From Actinomycetota bacterium (GTDB lineage Bacteria > Actinomycetota > Actinomycetes > S36-B12 > UBA5976), in assembly GCA_026393095.1 (NCBI GenBank), contig JAPLAV010000102.1, positions 1 through 58,320 of the forward strand: a stretch of 58,320 nt of DNA, written 5' to 3'. The notes beneath the pieces are model-generated. The model did no database searches, was not told the DNA's origin, and worked only from the letters and a program-made list of their open reading frames with translations. This document shows positions 9,834-22,006 of the stretch, one piece after another (position 1 is the stretch's first letter; the number at the start of each line of letters is the position of its first letter). A program made the position numbers and the translations under genes.

Positions 9834-12020
9834 ATGAAAGATAAATCCATAATTCGATTAAAAATTATAAGAGTAATTTTCTTTTCATTAATGATCACGC
9901 TTGTTGGCAGACTATTCTACTTACAAATTAGTACTGGTGAGAATTTCGTAAAAGCTTCTCAGAGAAATGCTTTTCGTGAGATTTATTCTCAACCTGTAAG
10001 AGGGCTTATCCTTGATCAAGTTGGAAGACCAGTTGTTTCAAATAAATCCACATTAATCGTAAGTGTTAATACAAGAGTTCTTGAAAATACCGAAGATAAA
10101 GGTGCTTCAGTAATTGCCAGACTTGCTCAAAACTTAAATATTCCTGAATCAGACATCAAAGATCGATTAACTCCTTGTGGCACAAAAGGAGCAAAGAAGC
10201 CACCAATTTGCTGGTCGGGCTCTTTATTCCAACCAATTCCAGTTGCTCAAAATGTTTCAAACACCGTAGCACTAGAAATTATGGAAAAAAGATCACTTTT
10301 TCCTGGAGTTACTGCTGAATTAATTGCAATTCGAGATATCCCAAAACCATTTGGTGTGAATATGGCTCACATTATTGGTTATGTTGGACCAGTCACTGAC
10401 ATAGAAATTGAAAAGCAAAAACAAGTTGGAATTTCAGCAGATGACATTGGTTTACAAAACAATGACAGCATCGGAAGATCAGGAGTTGAAAGATTTTACG
10501 ATACTTGGCTAAGAGGTAAACCTGGAATAAAAGTTATAGCTGTTGATAAAGCAGCAAATATAAAAGGTGTTGTAAGCGAAACAGAATCTGAAGCAGGAAA
10601 ATACGTTGTTCTAAATGTTGATGCCAAACTTCAGTCTCTGGTTGAAGAACAATTATCAGCGGCAATAGATAGAGCGAGATCTAAAAACTATGTCGGTGAG
10701 GCAGGAGCTGCTGTTGTAGTTGATGTAAAAAATGGAAATATTCTCGCGATGGCAACTTATCCAAGTTATGATCCAAGAATTTGGTTAGGTGGGATTACTA
10801 ATGAACAATTTGAATTACTTTCAAATCCAAAAAATGGAATCCCATTAATTTCACGTGCAACGCAAGGTCTTTTTGCACCTGCCTCTATTTATAAAGTTAT
10901 TACCACCGCAGCAGCCGCAGAAAACGGTTTTGATCTAAATGGAACTTACCAATGTCCACCACAGTTAGAAATTGGTAATCGAGTATTTAGAAATTATGAA
11001 TCAAAGGGTTTCGGTGCAATTTCATTGCAAAGAGCTATTGAGGTTTCTTGCGATACCGTTTTTTATGACATCGCAAATACTTTGTGGCTAAGAGATGGTG
11101 GTTTATCACCAATTGATAATCCAGTAGATGCTGTTGAAAAAATGTCATTTGCTTTTGGACTTGGATCAAAAACTGGAATTGATTTGCCAGAAGATGTGAA
11201 AGGTCGAGTTGGAGGCAGAATTTTCAAAAAAGATTTCTGGGATAAGAATCATGAAGTTTGGTGTGATCGCGCAGAGAATGGTTATCCAGAAGTATTTGCT
11301 AAAGATCCCGACCGCGCCAAAATGCTACAAAAATTTGCCACAGAAAACTGTACTGAAGGAATGAGATTTCGCGCGGGAGACGCAGTAAACAGTTCTATTG
11401 GACAAGGAGACACTGTTGTTTCTCCATTACAAATGGCGATGGCATATGCAGCAATTGCAAATGGCGGAACTGTCTATGAACCAAGAATTGTCAAAGCTGT
11501 AATGAATGCAGATGGTTCTGTTGCTGAAAAAATTGAACCTAAAGTAAAAAGTGTCTTACCAATTTCTAGTGAAACTCTTAATTACCTTCAGAAATCTTTG
11601 AAGTCAACTACAGTTTCAGGAACTGGTGCTCCACCTTTTGTTGGTTTTCCTCTTTCAAGAATTCCAGTTGCAACTAAAACTGGAACTGGTGAAGTTTTAG
11701 GTAAACAATCAACATCATGGTTTGCAAGCTATGCACCTGCAGATAATCCTCAATATGCAATTGTGATGATGGTTGCCCAAGGCGGTACCGGATCTGGAAC
11801 TTCTGCTCCCAGTGTGAGAAGAATTTATGAAGAACTTTTTGGAATTCGCGGTGGAGTTATTGATCCTGCTACAAGTATTTTAGAAGGCGGCTCACCTCGT
11901 ACGACACTGCCAACAATTAGAACAGATGGTTTACCTGATTATCCAGAAATTGATGAATTACTAAATCCAACTGCATCTTCTTCACCAACTGTTGCTACAA
12001 AAGCTGGTGCTAAACGATGA
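9834..12020 (+). CDS. mrdA: Penicillin-binding protein 2 (elongasome transpeptidase)
   Basis: N-terminal TM anchor and transpeptidase motifs ASIYKV (SxxK) and KTGTGE (KTG). It lies between mreD and rodA. Confidence 0.9.
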   Translation: MKDKSIIRLKIIRVIFFSLMITLVGRLFYLQISTGENFVKASQRNAFREIYSQPVRGLILDQVGRPVVSNKSTLIVSVNTRVLENTEDKGASVIARLAQNLNIPESDIKDRLTPCGTKGAKKPPICWSGSLFQPIPVAQNVSNTVALEIMEKRSLFPGVTAELIAIRDIPKPFGVNMAHIIGYVGPVTDIEIEKQKQVGISADDIGLQNNDSIGRSGVERFYDTWLRGKPGIKVIAVDKAANIKGVVSETESEAGKYVVLNVDAKLQSLVEEQLSAAIDRARSKNYVGEAGAAVVVDVKNGNILAMATYPSYDPRIWLGGITNEQFELLSNPKNGIPLISRATQGLFAPASIYKVITTAAAAENGFDLNGTYQCPPQLEIGNRVFRNYESKGFGAISLQRAIEVSCDTVFYDIANTLWLRDGGLSPIDNPVDAVEKMSFAFGLGSKTGIDLPEDVKGRVGGRIFKKDFWDKNHEVWCDRAENGYPEVFAKDPDRAKMLQKFATENCTEGMRFRAGDAVNSSIGQGDTVVSPLQMAMAYAAIANGGTVYEPRIVKAVMNADGSVAEKIEPKVKSVLPISSETLNYLQKSLKSTTVSGTGAPPFVGFPLSRIPVATKTGTGEVLGKQSTSWFASYAPADNPQYAIVMMVAQGGTGSGTSAPSVRRIYEELFGIRGGVIDPATSILEGGSPRTTLPTIRTDGLPDYPEIDELLNPTASSSPTVATKAGAKR

Positions 12021-13207
12021 CATATTGGAGTTCTGAAACACCTAAAGCGCCAAGCAGAAATAGATTTAACGATTCATTTTTTATTGGCTATGACTGGGTT
12101 TTAATAACTTGTGCATTATTGCTTTCAATTATTGGATCAGCACTCGTTTATTCGGCTTCAAAACAAAGATTATTTGACGCAGGAATCAACACAGATTTCT
12201 ATTTACAGCGCCACATATTTAACATAATTGTGGGAATAGTTCTTGCATTAATTGTTTCAAGATTTTCATTTCGAACTGCAAGAGCTTACGCCATTATTAT
12301 TTATGGTGTTGCGGTTGTGGGTTTGATGTTGGTGCTTGTTCCCGGAATTGGTAAGTCACAAGGTGGAGCACAAGCATGGATTGCTTTGCCTGGAGGATTT
12401 ACCTTTCAACCAAGTGAGTTCACCAAGGTTGCTTTGATTACTTTGTTGGCAATGGTATTAACAGAACGTCGCGATTCAGAACTAGTTCCAGACGATAGAG
12501 ATGTTTTGTTTGGTTTAGCCTTAGCTGGAATTCCTGCGCTATTGGTTTTACTTCAAAACGATTTTGGAACAGTAATGATTATTGGTGCAACCCTATTAAG
12601 TGTGATGGTTGTAGCTGGGGTAAAACTGAGATGGATTTATGGATCGATTAGTGCTGTGATCTTAGCTGGGTTCATTGCTTCGAAATTGAATTTTATTAAG
12701 GATTACCAACTAAAAAGATTAGCAACATTTGTTGATCCCACCCTTGATCCTTTAGGGGCTGGATACAACACTTTGCAAGCAAGAATCGCAATTGGTTCTG
12801 GAGGTTGGTTTGGCCAAGGACTTCTTAGTGGTCCGCAAACCCAAGGAAAATATGTTCCAGCCCAAAGAACAGATTTTATTTTCACTGTTGCTGGCGAAGA
12901 GCTGGGATTTTTAGGTTCAACGCTAATTATTTTTCTGATTGCCATGATTTTGTATCGCTTGACAAAAATTGCCATAAATTCACCCGACAGATTTGGTCGT
13001 TTAGCAGCAGCTGGTGTTGCTGGTTGGTTTGCTGTTCAAACTTTTGAAAATATTGGAATGAATTTAGGAATAATGCCGGTAACTGGTGTGCCTTTGCCAT
13101 TTGTTTCTTATGGAGGTTCCTCGATGTTTGTTTCCTGGATGGCTCTGGGGCTAGTTGTTGCAATTGGGCGAGAAATTGATGATCGGGTCACCCCTCTAAT
13201 TCGCTAA
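12017..13207 (+). CDS. rodA: SEDS-family peptidoglycan polymerase RodA
   Basis: FtsW/RodA/SpoVE-like polytopic membrane protein. Its start overlaps the PBP2 stop (ATGA). Confidence 0.9.
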   Translation: MTYWSSETPKAPSRNRFNDSFFIGYDWVLITCALLLSIIGSALVYSASKQRLFDAGINTDFYLQRHIFNIIVGIVLALIVSRFSFRTARAYAIIIYGVAVVGLMLVLVPGIGKSQGGAQAWIALPGGFTFQPSEFTKVALITLLAMVLTERRDSELVPDDRDVLFGLALAGIPALLVLLQNDFGTVMIIGATLLSVMVVAGVKLRWIYGSISAVILAGFIASKLNFIKDYQLKRLATFVDPTLDPLGAGYNTLQARIAIGSGGWFGQGLLSGPQTQGKYVPAQRTDFIFTVAGEELGFLGSTLIIFLIAMILYRLTKIAINSPDRFGRLAAAGVAGWFAVQTFENIGMNLGIMPVTGVPLPFVSYGGSSMFVSWMALGLVVAIGREIDDRVTPLIR

Positions 13208-13596
13208 TTTCTCTACAACCAAATCAAGCAATTTCGTGAGTAAATGACACCAATTCACCCCCAAGCAGTTGTGCCATCAGGGCAGAGGATCAAATGCCGT
13301 GCCATACTTGAAGTACTGGTTAGTCACGGAGTCACTACAACCCGAGATAAAAAACCAAAACGACTTAGCCGAGCAGCGGTGCTCGGTAGAACTAAAAAAA
13401 GCTAGCTGTCCCAATTTGTGAGACAAAGCGGATTTCTTTGAAGTTCTAAAAACAAAACCTAAATGACTTTGAGGACGTGGATTTATTTTCACCCCTGATC
13501 GTTAAGTAAAACCAGCACTAACACCAAGTGCAGGTAAACAAAAACGCTTTGGCGTTGTTTATTTGCACACACAAAAGATTTAGGAGTAAAGCCATT

Positions 13597-15435
13597 ATGG
13601 CTGACGAAGAAACACCATCATTACGTAAGAGATTTCGCATTGCTGCATTTTCTGCAGCAGAAGAAGCACCAACACCTGCAGCTGATGTTCCAGTTGGAAA
13701 ACCATCTGTGGCATTTCAACAAGCAGTGGTGCCACCAAGAACACCTACCGCAAAGTCTGATGCACCAAAGGAAGAAAAAGGTTTATTAAGAAGAGGTAGA
13801 AATAAAAAACGCAGCGAAGAAGAAGCTGTTGAAGAAACCGAAGATTCAGCAAGTGGCCAAGAAGAAGATAGTGATTCAGAAGCTGGGGATGGGAATCATC
13901 GTCGCGTCAGAAAACGTCGTCGTGCCACAGATGTAAATCCAGATGAAGTAAATACAGATGATCCAAACACAGTTGTCAGAGTTCGTGCACCTAGAGAAAA
14001 ATCTCCAACCAGAGGTTCAACTCGATTAGATGCCAAACGTCAAAGAAGAAAAGATGGCAGAGATGCCGGCAGAAGAAGAGCACCAGTATTAACTGAAGCA
14101 GAATTCTTAGCCAGACGTGAAAGTGTTGAACGAGTCATGGTTGTTAGACAAAACCAAGATCGAATTCAAATAGCAGTTTTGGAAGACAACATTTTAGTTG
14201 AACATTATGTTTCTCGCGGACAATCTGCTTCATTGATTGGAAACGTTTACCTAGGTCGTGTGCAAAACGTATTGCCAAGTATGGAAGCTGCGTTTATTGA
14301 TATTGGCCGTGGACGAAATGGTGTGCTTTATGCTGGTGAAGTTAACTGGGATGCAGCAGGACTTGATGGTCAACCAAGAAGAATTGAACTTGCTTTAAAG
14401 AGCAATGATCCAGTTCTAGTTCAAGTTACAAAAGATCCAGTTGGACAAAAAGGTGCAAGATTAACTAGCCAAGTTTCACTTCCTGGAAGATATTTAGTTT
14501 ATGTACCAGATGGTTCGGTAACTGGAATAAGCAGAAAACTTCCTGATACTGAAAGAACAAGATTAAAACGAATTCTAAGAAACATTGTTCCTGAAGGTGC
14601 TGGAGTAATTGTTAGAACAGCAGCAGAAGGTGCGACCGAAGAGCAATTACAAAGAGATGTTGCACGTCTTCAAGCTCAATGGGAAAACATTCAAAGCAAA
14701 GTTCAAGGCGGAACTCCAGCCTCACTTCTTTACTCAGAACCTGATCTTGCAATCAGAGTTGTAAGAGATATTTTCAACGAAGACTTCAAAAAATTAATTG
14801 TTGAAGGAAACGAAGCTTGGGACACAATTGAGGAATACGTAAAATACGTTGCCCCAGACCTTGCTGATCGTTTAGAAAAATGGAGTGGTGAAGGCGATGT
14901 TTTCGGTGCAAATCGAATTGATGAACAAATCGCTAAAGCTCTTGATCGAAAGGTTTATTTACCTTCTGGTGGCTCATTAGTAATTGATCGCACAGAAGCA
15001 ATGACAGTTGTTGACGTAAACACTGGAAAATTCATTGGTCAAGGCGGAAACCTTGAAGAAACTGTTACCAAAAACAACTTAGAAGCTGCCGAAGAAATTG
15101 TGCGCCAACTTCGCTTAAGAGATATTGGTGGAATTATTGTTATCGATTTCATCGACATGGTTTTGGAAACAAACAGAGATATGGTGCTTCGTCGCCTTGT
15201 TGAATGTTTAGGAAGAGATAGAACTAAACATCAAGTCGCAGAAGTTTCTACCCTTGGTTTGGTCCAGATGACTCGAAAGAGAATCAGCTCAGGCTTGTTA
15301 GAAACCTTCTCTGAATCTTGCGAGCATTGCAATGGTCGAGGAGTCAAGGTGTTTTCTGAACCAGTTGATCACAAGCACTCAGATCGACGTGGCAAAAGAG
15401 AATCAACCGAGGCAACTGAGGTAGAAACCGTCTAG
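13597..15435 (+). CDS. rne: Ribonuclease E/G family endoribonuclease with a long charged N-terminal extension
   Basis: S1 domain IGNVYLGRVQNVLPSMEAAFIDIGRGRNGVLY, catalytic core SLVIDRTEAMTVVDVNTG and Zn-link CEHCNGRG. ATG 13597 is preceded by TAGGAG. The track start 13528 adds an implausible 23 aa. Confidence 0.9.
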   Translation: MADEETPSLRKRFRIAAFSAAEEAPTPAADVPVGKPSVAFQQAVVPPRTPTAKSDAPKEEKGLLRRGRNKKRSEEEAVEETEDSASGQEEDSDSEAGDGNHRRVRKRRRATDVNPDEVNTDDPNTVVRVRAPREKSPTRGSTRLDAKRQRRKDGRDAGRRRAPVLTEAEFLARRESVERVMVVRQNQDRIQIAVLEDNILVEHYVSRGQSASLIGNVYLGRVQNVLPSMEAAFIDIGRGRNGVLYAGEVNWDAAGLDGQPRRIELALKSNDPVLVQVTKDPVGQKGARLTSQVSLPGRYLVYVPDGSVTGISRKLPDTERTRLKRILRNIVPEGAGVIVRTAAEGATEEQLQRDVARLQAQWENIQSKVQGGTPASLLYSEPDLAIRVVRDIFNEDFKKLIVEGNEAWDTIEEYVKYVAPDLADRLEKWSGEGDVFGANRIDEQIAKALDRKVYLPSGGSLVIDRTEAMTVVDVNTGKFIGQGGNLEETVTKNNLEAAEEIVRQLRLRDIGGIIVIDFIDMVLETNRDMVLRRLVECLGRDRTKHQVAEVSTLGLVQMTRKRISSGLLETFSESCEHCNGRGVKVFSEPVDHKHSDRRGKRESTEATEVETV

Positions 15436-15554
15436 AACCAAGCCATTGGAGAAGGAGATTTAGGCCTTTAGTACCCTAGAGGAACGCCCTTTTACCAATC
15501 AGGCAAAAGAGGCCATAAAACTTCCCAAGTTTTAAATAAGGAGATTGAAAGAAC

Positions 15555-15869
15555 ATGTACGCCATTGTTCGCTCAGGTGGTCGCCAAGAAAAAGTTGCTG
15601 TTGGCGACACTGTTGTTATGGATCGTCAATCTGCTGAACTTGGATCAAATATTTCTCTACCAGCGCTACTTGTTGTAGAAAACGGCAAAGTAACTCATGA
15701 TGCAGCAACACTTTCAGCAACAAAAGTTACTGCAGAAGTAGTTTCACATGATCGTGGACCAAAAATTAAAATTCAACACTACAGAAACAAAACAGGTTAC
15801 AAGCGTCGTTTAGGTCATCGTCAAGAACTAACAACAGTTCGTGTCACAGATATCAAAGTAGGGAAATAG
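15555..15869 (+). CDS. rplU: 50S ribosomal protein L21
   Basis: [15 protein letters not shown]-terminus. AAGGAG RBS upstream. Followed by rpmA. Confidence 0.95.
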   Translation: MYAIVRSGGRQEKVAVGDTVVMDRQSAELGSNISLPALLVVENGKVTHDAATLSATKVTAEVVSHDRGPKIKIQHYRNKTGYKRRLGHRQELTTVRVTDIKVGK

Positions 15870-15873
15870 AAAA

Positions 15874-16128
15874 ATGGCTTCCAAAAAAGGTGTTTCCAGT
15901 ACTAGAAACGGTCGCGATTCCAATTCGCAAAGACTTGGTATTAAAAGATTTGGTGGCCAACTTGTTGGTGCCGGAGAAATCATTGTTCGCCAACGTGGCA
16001 CACATTTTCACCCAGGTGTAAATGTTGGACGCGGAACTGATGACACACTATTTGCTTTACAAGCAGGTTCTGTAAAATTTGGTTCACGTCGTGGTCGTCG
16101 TGTTGTTGACATTGTTCCTGCGGAATAA
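15874..16128 (+). CDS. rpmA: 50S ribosomal protein L27
   Basis: [22 protein letters not shown] and [11 protein letters not shown] motifs. Confidence 0.95.
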   Translation: MASKKGVSSTRNGRDSNSQRLGIKRFGGQLVGAGEIIVRQRGTHFHPGVNVGRGTDDTLFALQAGSVKFGSRRGRRVVDIVPAE

Positions 16129-16149
16129 CCCGCTCAAATAGACATACCC

Positions 16150-18699
<2,550 letters not shown>

Positions 18700-18710
18700 A
18701 ATAAAAACAT

Positions 18711-20003
18711 ATGACTGAAAATACAAATGCGGTTATTGAAGTAGCAAAAAAAGCTCGCATTGCAAGTTATGAACTTGCCCAGTTAAATCGAGATGCCAAA
18801 GACAAAGCACTTCTTGCGATGGCAGATGCTCTGGTTGCAAACATTGAGAAAATTACAGCAGCAAATCAAATTGATGTTGAAAATGCTAAAAAATCTGGAA
18901 CAGAAGCTGCAATTATTGATCGTTTAACTTTGAACTTAGAACGTGTAAAAGAAGTAGCACAAGGATTATTAGATATTGCAAAATTGCCAGATCCAATTGG
19001 AGAAGTTATCAGAGGTTGGGTTCAACCAAATGGTTTAGAAATTGAACAAAAAAGAGTTCCCATGGGAGTAATTGGAATGATTTATGAAGCAAGACCAAAT
19101 GTAACAGTTGATGCAGCTGGCCTTTGTTTAAAAAGTGGAAATGCAGTTTTATTAAGAGGTTCAACTTCAGCTAAAAATACAAATGAAGCTTTGATAACAG
19201 TAATGCGTGATGCAATTGCAAAAGTAGGAATTCCAGCTGATTCAATTCAAATTGTCCCTGGCGATACCCACGATTCAGTTAAGGATTTAATGAGTGCGCG
19301 TGGATTTGTTGACCTTTTGATTCCTCGAGGTGGAGCATCATTAATTAATTCAATTGTTAATGATTCTTTGGTACCAGTTATTGAAACAGGTGTTGGTAAT
19401 TGTCACGTTTACATTGATGAAGAAGCAGATATTGATATGGCCGTTTCAATTTTAGTGAACTCAAAGGCTTCAAGAGTAAGTGTTTGCAATGCAGCAGAAA
19501 CTTTTCTAGTGCATGAAAAGATTGCTGAGAAATTCTTACCAAAAGCACTAGCTGCCCTAAAAGATCAAAAAGTAACTATTCATGGTGATTCAAAAATCAA
19601 ACCATATTGCGAAAAATCTGCAATCAATTTTGCACCAGTAACAGATCATGATTGGGAAGCTGAATATTACAGTTTAGATATTGCTGCAGGAATTGTTTCT
19701 TCTATGGATGAAGCAATTGCTCATATTAGAAAATGGTCATCAAATCACACAGAAGCCATAGTTTCTGATTCGATGAAAAACATTGATAAATTCATTGCCC
19801 AAATTGATTCAGCAGCAGTAATGGTTAATGCTTCCACAAGATTTACCGATGGTGGAGAGTTTGGGTTTGGTGCTGAAATTGGTATTTCTAACCAAAAACT
19901 TCACGCCAGAGGCCCAATGGGACTTGTTGAGATGACTAGTACAAAATATGTTGTAAAGGGTAAAGGTCATATCAGAGGGAAAATTGGAGAGATAACTAAA
20001 TGA
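18711..20003 (+). CDS. proA: Gamma-glutamyl phosphate reductase
   Basis: Aldehyde-dehydrogenase-type ProA with catalytic Cys context [11 protein letters not shown] and C-terminal [19 protein letters not shown]. Confidence 0.95.
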   Translation: MTENTNAVIEVAKKARIASYELAQLNRDAKDKALLAMADALVANIEKITAANQIDVENAKKSGTEAAIIDRLTLNLERVKEVAQGLLDIAKLPDPIGEVIRGWVQPNGLEIEQKRVPMGVIGMIYEARPNVTVDAAGLCLKSGNAVLLRGSTSAKNTNEALITVMRDAIAKVGIPADSIQIVPGDTHDSVKDLMSARGFVDLLIPRGGASLINSIVNDSLVPVIETGVGNCHVYIDEEADIDMAVSILVNSKASRVSVCNAAETFLVHEKIAEKFLPKALAALKDQKVTIHGDSKIKPYCEKSAINFAPVTDHDWEAEYYSLDIAAGIVSSMDEAIAHIRKWSSNHTEAIVSDSMKNIDKFIAQIDSAAVMVNASTRFTDGGEFGFGAEIGISNQKLHARGPMGLVEMTSTKYVVKGKGHIRGKIGEITK

Positions 20004-20131
20004 TTAGATTAAGTGAAGTTGCTGAAGAAGGCGTTAAATTACCTTTTCATCCAATTGTTTTTGGAATTGGAATGTTTTCCTTATTAGCACTTGCACTTTT
20101 TCTAGTTACACGACTTGATTCTGAAAGATAA
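20000..20131 (+). CDS. Candidate 43-aa single-pass membrane microprotein (not in the ORF track)
   Basis: Its ATG overlaps the proA stop (ATGA). Translation is [43 protein letters not shown], with one clear hydrophobic helix. It exactly fills the proA-nadD gap and stops 3 nt before the nadD ATG. Confidence 0.45.
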   Translation: MIRLSEVAEEGVKLPFHPIVFGIGMFSLLALALFLVTRLDSER

Positions 20132-20134
20132 ATT

Positions 20135-20698
20135 ATGACCAGCCGTATTGGGCTGCTGGGTGGCACATTTGATCCAATTCATAATGGCCATATTGCAATT
20201 GCAAAAACGGCGATTCAACAACTTAAATTAGATAAAGTATTTTTAATACCGGCAGGAAATCCTTGGCAGAAATCTGAATTTACAGATTCAAAGCATCGCC
20301 TTGAAATGGTTAAAAAAGCTGCCCAAGATTTAGAAAAAGTTGAAGTTCTAGAGATTGAAGTGAAGAAATCTGGCCCAACTTACACATTCGAAACTTTGCA
20401 AGAATTACATACTAATTATCCAGAATCTGAATTTACTCTCATTCTTGGAAGCGATGCTGGTGCGGGAATTAATACCTGGAAAGAACCAAATTTGGTTAAA
20501 ACTTTGGCTCGAATATACGTTGTCCAAAGGGCGGGAGATTTCACTCAAGATTGGCACTTTGATCACATTCAAATGCCACCAATTGAGATTTCTTCTACCT
20601 CAATAAGAGAAAAAGTTAAGAATAAAGAGTCAATTTCAGAATTGGTTCCAAAGTCGGTAAATGAATACATTTCTGCCAATGGTTTATACAAAAATTGA
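20135..20698 (+). CDS. nadD: Nicotinate-nucleotide adenylyltransferase
   Basis: GGTFDPIHNGH nucleotidyltransferase motif and ISSTSIR near the C-terminus. Confidence 0.93.
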   Translation: MTSRIGLLGGTFDPIHNGHIAIAKTAIQQLKLDKVFLIPAGNPWQKSEFTDSKHRLEMVKKAAQDLEKVEVLEIEVKKSGPTYTFETLQELHTNYPESEFTLILGSDAGAGINTWKEPNLVKTLARIYVVQRAGDFTQDWHFDHIQMPPIEISSTSIREKVKNKESISELVPKSVNEYISANGLYKN

Positions 20699-20740
20699 GT
20701 GTGCAATAATAGACTTAATGATTGATAGAAAAAACTCTTA

Positions 20741-21097
20741 ATGCCAGCATCACCTAAATCTCGTCACCTTGCAAAATTAGCTGCAGAAGCCGCATTAGAT
20801 AAATTGGCAACAGATGTAACTCTCATAGATGTAAGTTCTAGATTCCCCCTTTCAGACATGTTTGTTATTGCCTCTGCTGCAAACCATCGTCAAGTAAAAG
20901 CAGTTTGTGAAGGAATTGAAAAAGCCCTTTCAGTAGAAGGTGTTAAACCACTAAATCGTGAAGGTCAATCCGATAGTCATTGGATTTTATTAGATTATGA
21001 AGAAATAGTGGTTCACGTTCAATTAGCAGAAGATCGCGATTATTACAGCATTGAAAGACTTTGGAAAGATTGTCCAATTGAGGTAGTCAATGGCTAA
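20741..21097 (+). CDS. rsfS: Ribosome silencing factor RsfS (Iojap family)
   Basis: 118 aa, Iojap-like (WILLDYEEIVVHV...YYSIERLW). Conserved position after nadD. Confidence 0.9.
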   Translation: MPASPKSRHLAKLAAEAALDKLATDVTLIDVSSRFPLSDMFVIASAANHRQVKAVCEGIEKALSVEGVKPLNREGQSDSHWILLDYEEIVVHVQLAEDRDYYSIERLWKDCPIEVVNG

Positions 21098-21737
21098 CAG
21101 GCAACTTGTTTTATGGAGACATGGAAGAACCAGCTGGAATTTAGAGCAAAGATTTCAAGGTCAAACTGATATTCCACTGGATGAAGTTGGGGAACAGCAA
21201 GCAAAAAGTGCTGCACAGTTATTGCAACACTTAAAACCTGCTTACATTGCATCTTCTGATTTGATGAGGGCTAATAAAACAGGTTTAGAGTTAGCTAAAT
21301 TAGTAAACTTAGAAGTTCCCAAAGATGAGTCATTTAGAGAAACTGCTCATGGCTTATGGGAAGGTTTAACTTACTCAGAGTTAAGAGCAAAATATGAAGA
21401 AGAATATCTTAATTGGTCAGCTGGTCAAGAAATAAGACCAGGAAGTACTGGAGAGACTCGTTCAGAAGTTGCAGATCGCATGGTCAAAGGAATTACTAAA
21501 CATATTGAAAATGTGCCAAATAATTCTGTTTTTGTTATTGCTACCCATGGTGGAGCAGCCAGAGTTGCTGCAGGAAAATTAATGGGATTGCCACCACAAA
21601 CTTGGGTTTCATTAGGAATTATTAGTAATTGTTCTTGGATTGTTTTAAATGAACCTGCCGAACCACATTTGCCTTGGAGATTAGTTGAATATAACGCCGG
21701 ATCTCTTCCAACTCCTGCGTTAAGTGATGACAGATAG
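21090..21737 (+). CDS. Histidine phosphatase family protein (phosphoglycerate mutase-like)
   Basis: LWRHGRTSWN (RHG catalytic motif) and a second His in ATHGG. Same position as the histidine phosphatase after rsfS in mycobacteria. Confidence 0.85.
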   Translation: MANRQLVLWRHGRTSWNLEQRFQGQTDIPLDEVGEQQAKSAAQLLQHLKPAYIASSDLMRANKTGLELAKLVNLEVPKDESFRETAHGLWEGLTYSELRAKYEEEYLNWSAGQEIRPGSTGETRSEVADRMVKGITKHIENVPNNSVFVIATHGGAARVAAGKLMGLPPQTWVSLGIISNCSWIVLNEPAEPHLPWRLVEYNAGSLPTPALSDDR

Positions 21738-21796
21738 GACTCAAGACAAAGTTCGTTAATATCTCTAGGTAGAGTTCTATTTCTGAAATAAAATTA

Positions 21797-21869
21797 GGGG
21801 CTATGGCGCAGCTGGTAGCGCACTTGCATGGCATGCAAGGGGTCAGGGGTTCAAATCCCCTTAGCTCCA
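21797..21869 (+). tRNA. tRNA-Ala (anticodon GGC)
   Basis: The 73-nt cloverleaf was folded by hand: acceptor GGGGCTA/TAGCTCC with the G3:U70 Ala identity pair, anticodon loop ATGGCAT and T-loop TTCAAAT. CCA is not encoded. Confidence 0.92.
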
Positions 21870-21907
21870 CTTAATTTAAATTTTTGTGTTATATTGTTAA
21901 TTAACTA

Positions 21908-21998
21908 AGACACGGGAGTTCGGGCCTAATCCGGACTGAGAGAGCGACTAATTGGTGTCGCTGACCGTTTAACCGTTTGGGTAATGCCAGACAGGGAG
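21908..21998 (+). promoter_or_regulatory. TPP (THI-box) riboswitch
   Basis: Conserved elements are ACGGGAG...CTGAGAG...GACCGTTTAACC..TTGGGTAATGCCAGACAGGGAG. A variable hairpin AGCGAC/GTCGCT is also present. The 3' AGGGAG overlaps the SD of the downstream ATG at 22007, which suggests a translational OFF switch. Confidence 0.85.
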
Positions 21999-22006
21999 AA
22001 GAAAAT

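Noticed and set aside
13250-13400. Identity of the G+C-rich spacer core as a known housekeeping RNA (SRP RNA, 6S, RNase P, tmRNA, 6C)
   Set aside because: I could not find the conserved motifs of these RNAs on either strand, for example the SRP domain IV GGAA-type loops or the RNase P GAGGAAAGUCC.
13277-13492. 71-aa minus-strand ORF in the rodA-rne spacer
   Set aside because: It has no SD, an odd composition, and spans the hairpin-rich G+C patch. The region is better explained as RNA structure or leader (see the rodA-rne spacer finding).
15486-15513. Imperfect hairpin GCCCTTTTACC-AATCA-GGCAAAAGAGGC between rne and rplU (rne terminator or L21 leader?)
   Set aside because: The stem has a bulge and a mismatch and is not followed by a T-run. 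I know of no actinobacterial L21 leader to compare it with.
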